Of a stretch of 64,000 nt of DNA, positions 56,461-64,000 are shown piece by piece (positions within the stretch are counted from its first letter, which is position 1; each line of letters begins with the position of its first letter). The translations under genes were made by a program, and so were the position numbers. This stretch comes from a virus (taxonomy: Duplodnaviria > Caudoviricetes), in the IMG/VR virus record IMGVR_UViG_3300021387_001390, positions 2,054 through 66,053 of that record; one strand, given 5' to 3'. The notes beneath the pieces are model-generated. The model saw only the letters and a program-made list of their open reading frames with translations, did no database searches and was not told the origin of the DNA.

Positions 56461-56631
56461 TCAAACCTCCATTTTATTCGTATAGATCACTTTCTTCTCA
56501 TCATCCGATGAAAAGTGAACTGTACCTTTGTTTATGAATACAAAAAACTTGCCCTGCTTTTTCAACTCCTTAAACCCCTGGAGTCTCAAAGTCCCGGCAA
56601 GTTCTGCATCACTTGTCTTTATAAAATTCAT
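56461..56631 (-). CDS. 56-aa hypothetical protein (MNFIKTSDAELAGTLRLQGF...), not in the ORF track
   Basis: GGGGA SD; ends in the SD of the protease gene. Confidence 0.65.
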   Translation of the reverse strand: MNFIKTSDAELAGTLRLQGFKELKKQGKFFVFINKGTVHFSSDDEKKVIYTNKMEV

Positions 56632-56640
56632 ACTTTCCCC

Positions 56641-56952
56641 TTAGTCATCGGTAAAAAATGCATAATCATATGCTTTCTTTTGAGCTGTAGTTAGTGAGTT
56701 CCATCTTGCTACAGTACCTGAATAGACATTTTTACCTTGAACTATCGTTGCCCATTCACCATCTCCACGCAAGAATTTTTCTTGTTCTCCCTGTTCAGGA
56801 GCTGGTACTAAACCGGAATCACCATCTGCTTGAGATGATGCTCCGGTAAAAGTTTCCATTGCGGAGATTTTAGCGTCCATAAGACTTGCTAGCAGTCCTT
56901 TAAAGAAAGACAATCCGGCAAAGTCTACATAATTTTTTTCTATATTAGACAT
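56641..56952 (-). CDS. Fibre-like structural protein
   Basis: YVDFAGLSFF start; FTGA...GLVPAP...KFLRGDGEW. Confidence 0.7.
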   Translation of the reverse strand: MSNIEKNYVDFAGLSFFKGLLASLMDAKISAMETFTGASSQADGDSGLVPAPEQGEQEKFLRGDGEWATIVQGKNVYSGTVARWNSLTTAQKKAYDYAFFTDD

Positions 56953-56976
56953 GCCAATCTCCTTTCACAAAAATAA

Positions 56977-58014
56977 TTATGCGGATACAGAGTTGAACAG
57001 TGCCTGGATCTGAGCATTTGTAACAGGAGTGAATACAATGTTATCAGCTAATCCTGCCCCAATAACACCATCTGACTCAGCAATACTTCCTGCAAAAGTA
57101 ACAGCTCCTGTAGCTGCAGTATGTGTTGCAACAGCAACATCACTTGCTGTATCAAGTTCGCCAATTGCATCAGCGATTTCCTGAGTAACGTCAGTTGCCA
57201 TCTGTGCAATCTCATTCTCAATTGCATCAATCTTGCCTTTTACTGTGATCTCAGGAAGGCCCTGTGTCTCATCGGCAGCCTGATAGATAACCTTTGTTGC
57301 AGCAACCTTGTTGATTGTTACTGTGATTTCGTTTGTTGCTGAAATAGCAACAGTAGCCTCTGCAGTTGTTCCGCCTGTGTATACATCTACAAGATCCTGA
57401 ACGTTAATGTAAATAGGGGTAACTACATTCTGAAGAGTAAGCTTTACATATTTACCATCTACAGTTCCTGAAGGTACTGTATCACCATCACTATCAACAC
57501 CGTCTTCAACAGTTACAATATGACCGTCCTGAACAACCTTGTCCTTTGCAATGTTGATTGCACCAACAAGAACGTTCTGTGTCATGTCGGATGAGTTTGC
57601 TCCCTGATAAAGCTTGTAAACCTTTGCATAATCTGTCTGTCCTGCAGACTCGTCCTGAAGGTATACAGTCTTTGACTCAACGCCGCCTGCAGATGCCTGA
57701 GCAACCTCGTCAAGAGCTGCCTGTACATCTGTAGCAGCAAGTCCGGATGTAGTGTTGTCATATGATACATCTGCTGCTTCGCCTGACTTTGCTACGTTTG
57801 CAAGTTGATCATCAAGATCCTTAACAGCTTTTGCAACTGAACCTGAAGTTGTATCATCACCATTAAGTGTATTAATTGCACTCTGAAGTCCAGCCTCAAC
57901 ACCTGCGGCTCTTGCAGCCTCTGTAGCGATATCAGCTGCCATCTGACCCTTTAACAGTTCATCGTACTTTGATAAGCCCGTGTAATCAACATATGATTTT
58001 GTAATATCTGCCAT
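56977..58014 (-). CDS. Head fibre/decoration-like protein
   Basis: YVDYTGLSKY start; LNGDDTTSGSVAKAVKD; C-terminal TNAQIQALF. Confidence 0.7.
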   Translation of the reverse strand: MADITKSYVDYTGLSKYDELLKGQMAADIATEAARAAGVEAGLQSAINTLNGDDTTSGSVAKAVKDLDDQLANVAKSGEAADVSYDNTTSGLAATDVQAALDEVAQASAGGVESKTVYLQDESAGQTDYAKVYKLYQGANSSDMTQNVLVGAINIAKDKVVQDGHIVTVEDGVDSDGDTVPSGTVDGKYVKLTLQNVVTPIYINVQDLVDVYTGGTTAEATVAISATNEITVTINKVAATKVIYQAADETQGLPEITVKGKIDAIENEIAQMATDVTQEIADAIGELDTASDVAVATHTAATGAVTFAGSIAESDGVIGAGLADNIVFTPVTNAQIQALFNSVSA

Positions 58015-58036
58015 TTTTTTCTCCTTTCAATTTGGT

Positions 58037-58501
58037 TTACGCTGAAACAGTTTCAAATAATTTTTCTATATCTTCATTGCTTGTAGTTGCAATAATGATA
58101 TTGCCGTCACTGTCCAAAGATACAGCATTGTCTTTGGAACCAATTTTAATGCCTCCAAGAGTGTCTGCTGTAGCCTCAGGTAATACATACTTATGAGCTT
58201 CGATGTAAGCCTTTGTTTGGTCAATAGTCCAGTATTGACTAAGGTCTACATCTGTCGAGCCTACAAACTCCCACTTGCCATTAACATAAATGTACTCATA
58301 ATAAGCATCCATTCCGGAAGCACCACGAGGAACAAAATAAATACAATTAGTTTTTATGTCTGTAGTGGGCAATGTTCTAACTACTTCCATTTCAAATGTA
58401 CGTAGTTGGGATATCATTTCGTCAATTTCTTCTTTGGTATAAATGTCACCACTTATTTGAGAAGCCATTGACAATAGAAGAGCAATCGCTTTTTTATCCA
58501 T
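58037..58501 (-). CDS. Fibre-like structural protein
   Basis: YYEYIYVNGKWEFVGSTDVDLS; LPEATADTLGGIKIG; C-terminal SNEDIEKLF. Confidence 0.7.
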   Translation of the reverse strand: MDKKAIALLLSMASQISGDIYTKEEIDEMISQLRTFEMEVVRTLPTTDIKTNCIYFVPRGASGMDAYYEYIYVNGKWEFVGSTDVDLSQYWTIDQTKAYIEAHKYVLPEATADTLGGIKIGSKDNAVSLDSDGNIIIATTSNEDIEKLFETVSA

Positions 58502-58745
58502 CCGTGCCTCCCCTCTTGGCCTCCTTCCATTTATCCTCGCTGTTCAAAACATATAGGCCAACTGGAGAGATACAAAAGCATGTTGAGCCTTTTGCCACTA
58601 TTTGGTTTGATACAGTGTCATCCCCCTGTTGTACGCCAAGATGAGTACTTGTGGGAAGATTTTCAATATCATCTGCTGTATCGCACCAAAAGTCTCTCTG
58701 AGGAGGAGTGCCAGCATCTGCTGAAGTAGGATCTATCCAATACAT
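58494..58745 (-). CDS. Small hypothetical protein
   Basis: 83 aa; FWCDTADDIENLPT...KGSTCFCI...LNSEDKW. Confidence 0.7.
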   Translation of the reverse strand: MYWIDPTSADAGTPPQRDFWCDTADDIENLPTSTHLGVQQGDDTVSNQIVAKGSTCFCISPVGLYVLNSEDKWKEAKRGGTDG

Positions 58746-58760
58746 ATCAGCCCTCCTTTC

Positions 58761-59414
58761 TTATTTTTCGTCAAACACAGGAGTCATCTTCATGCACTCC
58801 TCATATTTAGTATCTATTTCTTCATCTTCACCCTTAAGGTCTTTCCATGATTGATAAAGGCCTCTTAGATTCGTTTTATCACTTATAGTCATAACTTTGC
58901 TCTTTAATATCTTAGTGGTAACCATTAAAAGCCTGTCGTAAGTGTTATTACGATTTGCTTTAGCAGTAACGTTAAGCGTAGAGTTCATTCCATCAATAGA
59001 AGTAACAAGTTTTTGAGTCAAGTCTGCTAATTCACTTATTTGTTTTGAGTTGGCTTCAATTTGTTTAGTAACATCGCTGATAGCTTTGGCATGAGTGTTG
59101 AATCTTTCCGCACCCTCATCACCGCGTGCTTTTAGACCTTCATCAAGCCTTTGCAAAAATTCATCCTGCACTTCATGGATTGCTCTATCACCAATAACAC
59201 CGCAATCAATAATGCCTTGCTGAACAGCAGCTTTTATTTCTTCAGTGATTTCTTTTCTAGCATTCTTAATAGAATCATCAATTTGTTTTTGAATTGCGTT
59301 TTCTTCTTTTTTGTCTTTTCGTTCAATCCAAAATTTTGCAAAGACAAGACCTCCGCCTGTCGTTCCTGCAATCAACGCAACAATGATAGATACGATTGCT
59401 TGAAGTGTTGTCAT
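58761..59414 (-). CDS. Membrane-anchored coiled-coil protein
   Basis: N-terminal TM, then coiled coil. Confidence 0.7.
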   Translation of the reverse strand: MTTLQAIVSIIVALIAGTTGGGLVFAKFWIERKDKKEENAIQKQIDDSIKNARKEITEEIKAAVQQGIIDCGVIGDRAIHEVQDEFLQRLDEGLKARGDEGAERFNTHAKAISDVTKQIEANSKQISELADLTQKLVTSIDGMNSTLNVTAKANRNNTYDRLLMVTTKILKSKVMTISDKTNLRGLYQSWKDLKGEDEEIDTKYEECMKMTPVFDEK

Positions 59415-60988
59415 GTCTTTTTCCTCCCCCTAATCATATTTCTTGTTCTTTCGCCAGATGGTGATAAGTCTTCCGGGTCAGATAATGGGCGGCCTCCCTC
59501 ATCATCTACAGCCTCGCCGCCAGCTGTCGTATAGCTTGATTGAAGAGGATGGTTCATGATTTCAGGAAGATGAAGAACTTGGGATTCAAAGAACTCCATG
59601 GCAAGAGTTGCTTTCTCTGAAATACCATTAAACGTGTTATACACCATACGATTACTGAAGCTGTATTGACATGAAGAAAGCAGACTTTCTTTTAAGTCTG
59701 CTTTGGTATAAACGGTTACTTCAAAATATTTAACTTTGCAATGCGTTCCCTTCACATCATATGACAACATCCTGTTAGTAAAGCCCTCTATTTGGGGAAG
59801 AAGAGAAGAAATAGCAAACTCTGATTCGGATTGCAGCCAGGCCTTAAATGCTGCTGTGGATGAAATATAGTTAGCATTAAGCACTGAACCACCACCACTA
59901 GTCGCAAGAAGCGTGTCTTGAGACTGCGAAAGTCTATCTATATCTTTGTCTGCTGACGTTGTTGAAAAATCGATAACATTATCATTGGTCAGTTCTCCAG
60001 GAACTGGAGCTGCAGCAACATAATCCGGCAATACCTCTTTTACCTTTTCAAAATATTTAAGAAGAAGGTCAATCGATATTTGCCAATCATCACTAGTTTT
60101 TGCACCTGACAATGTTTTCATCGGAAGAAGCAAGAGTTTATACACAGAAGCTTCATCCTTAAGAGCCTGTAAATCAGCAATGTCGTTGAGTCCTGCTACT
60201 TGCTGCAATATAGCAGCCTCAGGCGAGATAACAAGATCAGGTCTGTCAGAATTAAACTTAAAAGCAGCGCCCCATTTTTCAGGCATATGAACCCATTTTT
60301 CCTTTGTAGTTTCATATTCCTTAATCATTGAAGTAATTGGTTCTCCAAGCCATTCTGCCAACTGCTTTTTCTGTGCAGAAGTCCACTTCGACATGTCTAT
60401 GCTATAAGAAAACTCTCCGGTATAATACTTTCCATCAATCTTGCACTCATCAGGATCAAGAATATAGAAAAAAGCACCGGTTTCGTCCCTATAAAAGATA
60501 GTAAAACATACATCTTCTAAATAGCATCTAAGTGCCACATCATGCCAATTTCCTTGCATGTTGTATGCATCTAGCACATTAAGGGTCTCTTCGTACTGAG
60601 ACAACATATCTTGAGGATTATTCTCTTTAGTTAATGAATATTCCGGAATAACTTGTCTACAGTCTAATGACCACATTGAAGCATACCAATGACAAAGTCT
60701 GTATAGTACCTGATTTCTATAATACAAGTATTCTGCAGACTCCCTAAGTTTGGCTTCATTGGAATATGGTTTCCTTAAATACTCACGAATCTTTTCTCGA
60801 TCATAATTACTAAGAGATGAAAGAGCAGCTTTTCCTGGATCACGGATCTGTTTAAGAGCATCCATAGCTTTGTCATAGTTTTCTTGTCTACGAATTTTTT
60901 CTTCGTTGAACTCAGCTCTCATTTCCGCTACAGTTCTTTCTCTTGTATCCATAGGAGTACTATCAGTACTCTTTTTTAATCGTGCCAT
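59411..60988 (-). CDS. Portal protein
   Basis: 525 aa immediately after terL, SPbeta-like head module order. Confidence 0.75.
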   Translation of the reverse strand: MARLKKSTDSTPMDTRERTVAEMRAEFNEEKIRRQENYDKAMDALKQIRDPGKAALSSLSNYDREKIREYLRKPYSNEAKLRESAEYLYYRNQVLYRLCHWYASMWSLDCRQVIPEYSLTKENNPQDMLSQYEETLNVLDAYNMQGNWHDVALRCYLEDVCFTIFYRDETGAFFYILDPDECKIDGKYYTGEFSYSIDMSKWTSAQKKQLAEWLGEPITSMIKEYETTKEKWVHMPEKWGAAFKFNSDRPDLVISPEAAILQQVAGLNDIADLQALKDEASVYKLLLLPMKTLSGAKTSDDWQISIDLLLKYFEKVKEVLPDYVAAAPVPGELTNDNVIDFSTTSADKDIDRLSQSQDTLLATSGGGSVLNANYISSTAAFKAWLQSESEFAISSLLPQIEGFTNRMLSYDVKGTHCKVKYFEVTVYTKADLKESLLSSCQYSFSNRMVYNTFNGISEKATLAMEFFESQVLHLPEIMNHPLQSSYTTAGGEAVDDEGGRPLSDPEDLSPSGERTRNMIRGRKKT

Positions 60989-61021
60989 ACTTCAAGCACT
61001 CCTTTCTTTATAATTATTGAG

Positions 61022-63061
61022 TTACCTTTTAAGAATCGAGGAAGGCCTGATGCTAGATGATATCTTGTTCAATACTTCATCATGTGACTGTTTTGGCTTT
61101 CCAGTAATCTCTTTACGACGAAGTTCTGATATGCAAAAGCCAGCCATACAAGCACAATACGCTCTATCGTCGTGAAGAACATTAGCCTTTTCAGGCGTAA
61201 GTTCAAAGGAATCCTTTGCGTTCTGATGCTTTTTACGAATGATATTTACAAGTTCTTCCTTTAAAGCATCTATATTCTTAAGAGATAACTCCTCCCACCA
61301 ATTGAGTTTTTCAACTTTAGTCTTAATAGTTTCTGCCTTGTTAAGTTCTTCCTTGACTGCGTTACTCAGTTCTTCTCCTTCCAAGTGCTGCTCGGTCTTG
61401 AGCTTATCACTGATGCGTTTTCTTTCCTTTTTCAGAAGTTCTTCATCCACATCAAAAGTAATAAGATATCCTTTGTTATCATATGAAGCAGTAAACTTAA
61501 GATTATCCTGATGTACCATTTCAATCATTGCTTCATACATTATTGATTTCCACTTTGCAGGAGCCATAAGGTGCAACTTATTGACAGCCTCAGGGAATTT
61601 TCCGATATAGTCTTCAGAGTATTCCTTATCAATAAGACCATGGTGTGTATTCCCTTCTTTATCCGTCCAATCAGCCATAAGATAGTCCGCGATAGTTACG
61701 CCTCCACCACCGGCGCCGGCATCTATCCATATACCCTCGATGTTTCCATAGTTATCCGCACCGGCGTTATATTCTAGGATGAGCTGTTTTAGAAACTCTA
61801 TCTGATCAGGTGTCTGCATAGGACTCTTTATCTTTTTTCCAACATCGATCAGATTATATCCGGCAACAATCTGTCCGGTTATATTCTTTGTTCCGTCTGT
61901 TTGCTTTTCCTCAATTATTTTTATAACAAGGATAAAAGAATTATCTCTTTGTCTTGCAGGGTCATAGAACAAAGCATACTTAGATTTTCCGTCGCCCATT
62001 AACTCAGGAACTCTTGTTTCTTCATTCCTAGTAATTACACCACGTTTTATAATAGCGTCTGTCCCTGCGCCTGTTGTGAACTGACAGTAATACTCCCTTC
62101 GCGCTTTTTCAGGATTTGTTCTCATCTCTGATTTAACAGTAGAGCGGGAGAGAAGTGGAGCAATCACTTCACCTCTTAACGTTGGCTTAAAGGCCTGTTC
62201 ACAATCCAAATGGATAACATAATAATCCGGATCTCCCATTATCATTCTTTTTGAATATTCTTTGTAAAGACGATAGAACGGAGTATCCGTGTCAGAGGCT
62301 GACGAGATATAAAAGAGCTGATTTGGGATATTGGTTGCAAAGGTTCTTTGACGAATAGGGTCTATCGATTTACCGTCAACCTTACCGGTCTTAAAACCTT
62401 TTTCAACAATAGCAAACGCACCATAAACCTTCATCATTTCATCTGAAAGGAATCCAGACTCGTCAAAAATAACAGAACCTCGATATCCTCTCTTAGAATC
62501 AATATTGGAATTCAGTGTCGTTGTCTGTGATCCATTATAAAGTTGATAGTTAAAGCCACCAGGGTTATGAGAAAATCCATCGCCTGACGCAGCTTTAATT
62601 ACCACTTCATCCTTAAACAGCTTTCCGGTAGAACCTTCAAAAGTATCAATATTGTCGTTGGCAAGTTTCTCAAGCGTAACAAATGTATTTTCAGCCTGAG
62701 AGCCTGTGCCGGATGCAATGTAAGCCCAATAGTTACAGAATAGTGAATCCTTTGCCATTGTACTTAAATCAATGACTGTAGATTTACCCCAACCACGGGT
62801 AGCCACTACGAGTACGTGAGGACAATTCCACGATCTTTGAACTACAAGCGCCTGAGAATCTATCAGTTCAATGTTGTACATCACATCAATCCACTGAACC
62901 GGATTACACTGGAAGTATTTTTGCATCTTTGCTATTTCTAAAAGAGATTCAACTTTCCTTTGGGATAACGGATAGTTTATCGGTTTAATGTAAATGCCAT
63001 AATCTTTAAAAAAATCCTCATCATATGCAAAATCCACATCAGGCATCATCTGAAGGTTCAT
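61022..63061 (-). CDS. terL: Terminase large subunit
   Basis: Walker A ATRGWGKST, Walker B VIFDESG, YISSAS, nuclease FYDPARQRDNS...WIDAGAGGGG...HDDRAY. Confidence 0.92.
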   Translation of the reverse strand: MNLQMMPDVDFAYDEDFFKDYGIYIKPINYPLSQRKVESLLEIAKMQKYFQCNPVQWIDVMYNIELIDSQALVVQRSWNCPHVLVVATRGWGKSTVIDLSTMAKDSLFCNYWAYIASGTGSQAENTFVTLEKLANDNIDTFEGSTGKLFKDEVVIKAASGDGFSHNPGGFNYQLYNGSQTTTLNSNIDSKRGYRGSVIFDESGFLSDEMMKVYGAFAIVEKGFKTGKVDGKSIDPIRQRTFATNIPNQLFYISSASDTDTPFYRLYKEYSKRMIMGDPDYYVIHLDCEQAFKPTLRGEVIAPLLSRSTVKSEMRTNPEKARREYYCQFTTGAGTDAIIKRGVITRNEETRVPELMGDGKSKYALFYDPARQRDNSFILVIKIIEEKQTDGTKNITGQIVAGYNLIDVGKKIKSPMQTPDQIEFLKQLILEYNAGADNYGNIEGIWIDAGAGGGGVTIADYLMADWTDKEGNTHHGLIDKEYSEDYIGKFPEAVNKLHLMAPAKWKSIMYEAMIEMVHQDNLKFTASYDNKGYLITFDVDEELLKKERKRISDKLKTEQHLEGEELSNAVKEELNKAETIKTKVEKLNWWEELSLKNIDALKEELVNIIRKKHQNAKDSFELTPEKANVLHDDRAYCACMAGFCISELRRKEITGKPKQSHDEVLNKISSSIRPSSILKR

Positions 63062-64000
63062 CTACGACTTCCTCCATGCTGATATCCGAACTATCATCTG
63101 CAAATACGGAATAGATTTCTTTAAGGTTTACGACATTACCGGTTACATCAATTCCTTTTTCTTCCAAAGTATCCTTCAATCCCAAATTCTCTTTTAGCAA
63201 TATGCGGTTAATTTCTTTATATTGGTCTTTTTCTTTCCTGAGGGCAACAATAGTCTCCCTCATCTCAGCTACCATATCAGACCAATCGGATTCATCAAGT
63301 GCAAGTTGTTTCATGATCGAAGCATCTGATATTTCCTGCACCTGCTGCATTCCTTTACACGTAGCAATGTCGAAACCATTTACCTCTGAGAGGTTTAGAT
63401 CTTTAATCTTTTTAATCCTACCAGTCCATGTATTTTCTCCACGAACCGAATGTTTACTGTTCTTGAGAGAAAGACAGCTTTCTGCAGCAAGGTTTGTTAT
63501 CATGGATACTACCTTTTGTTTGGCATCCTGTAAGGCCTTGATAGTCGCAGAGTTTTGCTGGATATGTGTAGCATCTGTCATCAATTTTGAAATGGAATCA
63601 TCCAACTTCGAAGCTTGGAGGAATCCTCTTGTGATTGAAATAGCAGACGAAACGCGGATCATATCCATATCCTGGTCCTGATTGGAATCCATGAGCATAA
63701 GAAGCTGTGCGTATAAAAAAGGTTGATCGGCTACAAGCTCCGCTTCAAATGGATCATAGTCTAGCAGCCTGACAACATCAGCTTTATTTTTCGCAAAGGA
63801 ATCATAAGTATCCATTCCGGAATGCTCTTCAAGCATCTTATTAACGCTTGTTCGTTTACTAGACTTCTCAACTTTGATTTCCTTTTTCAAATGGTCTGAA
63901 TCAAGGTAAGTCATGCCAACGTAATTCACCATCTGAATGTTTTTCACGTAAGCAGACCATATGCTCCAATTAGTTCTTCCAACCATGTTCTGAGATTCCT
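63039..64000 (-). CDS. Conserved protein upstream of terL (terminase small subunit-like), 5'-truncated by the window edge
   Basis: The frame is open to the window end upstream of the ATG at 63986; overlaps the terL start. Confidence 0.65.
   Translation of the reverse strand, partial: ESQNMVGRTNWSIWSAYVKNIQMVNYVGMTYLDSDHLKKEIKVEKSSKRTSVNKMLEEHSGMDTYDSFAKNKADVVRLLDYDPFEAELVADQPFLYAQLLMLMDSNQDQDMDMIRVSSAISITRGFLQASKLDDSISKLMTDATHIQQNSATIKALQDAKQKVVSMITNLAAESCLSLKNSKHSVRGENTWTGRIKKIKDLNLSEVNGFDIATCKGMQQVQEISDASIMKQLALDESDWSDMVAEMRETIVALRKEKDQYKEINRILLKENLGLKDTLEEKGIDVTGNVVNLKEIYSVFADDSSDISMEEVVDEPSDDA

Noticed and set aside
1-64000. Stop-codon reassignment
   Set aside because: Long genes read through intact in code 11, no suppressor tRNA is present, and the apparent splits are explained by introns

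Overview
64-kb segment of a large temperate siphovirus with an SPbeta-like layout. The host is probably a Clostridia/Lachnospiraceae-type Firmicute (inferred from gene content and SD usage). The intact attP indicates the excised/virion form. The + strand (1-11.5 kb) carries accessory genes: an IscS cysteine desulfurase; a 1.7-kb non-coding RNA island (tRNA-Gln, tRNA-fMet, a 212-nt tRNA-topped RNA, a ~500-nt ROOL-like ornate RNA, a hairpin array split by a mini-IS605); and an ABC transporter/PspA/SBP-OmpA membrane module with an inserted NadR-type adenylyltransferase + PnuC pair. The integration block (Xis x2, tyrosine integrase, attP = 3' half of tRNA-Trp with five arm repeats, seven tRNAs) is bracketed by two inverted ~325-bp non-autonomous IS200/IS605 elements, one of which sits in the anticodon of a broken tRNA. 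From 13.9 kb the - strand carries two promoter/terminator-bounded small RNA units, the lysis genes and a conserved uncharacterised Gly/Gln/Cys-rich module whose main gene is split by a group I intron (HNH). A tail-fibre/tyrosine-recombinase cassette bounded by duplicated micro-membrane peptides follows. The rest is the morphogenesis operon: tail fibres, Dit, Tal, 3326-aa tape measure, tail tube, a neck gene split by a second group I intron (LAGLIDADG), capsid, protease, head-fibre block, portal and terminase. No CRISPR array, rRNA or reverse transcriptase was seen. All family assignments are from motif recognition by eye, not from database searches.
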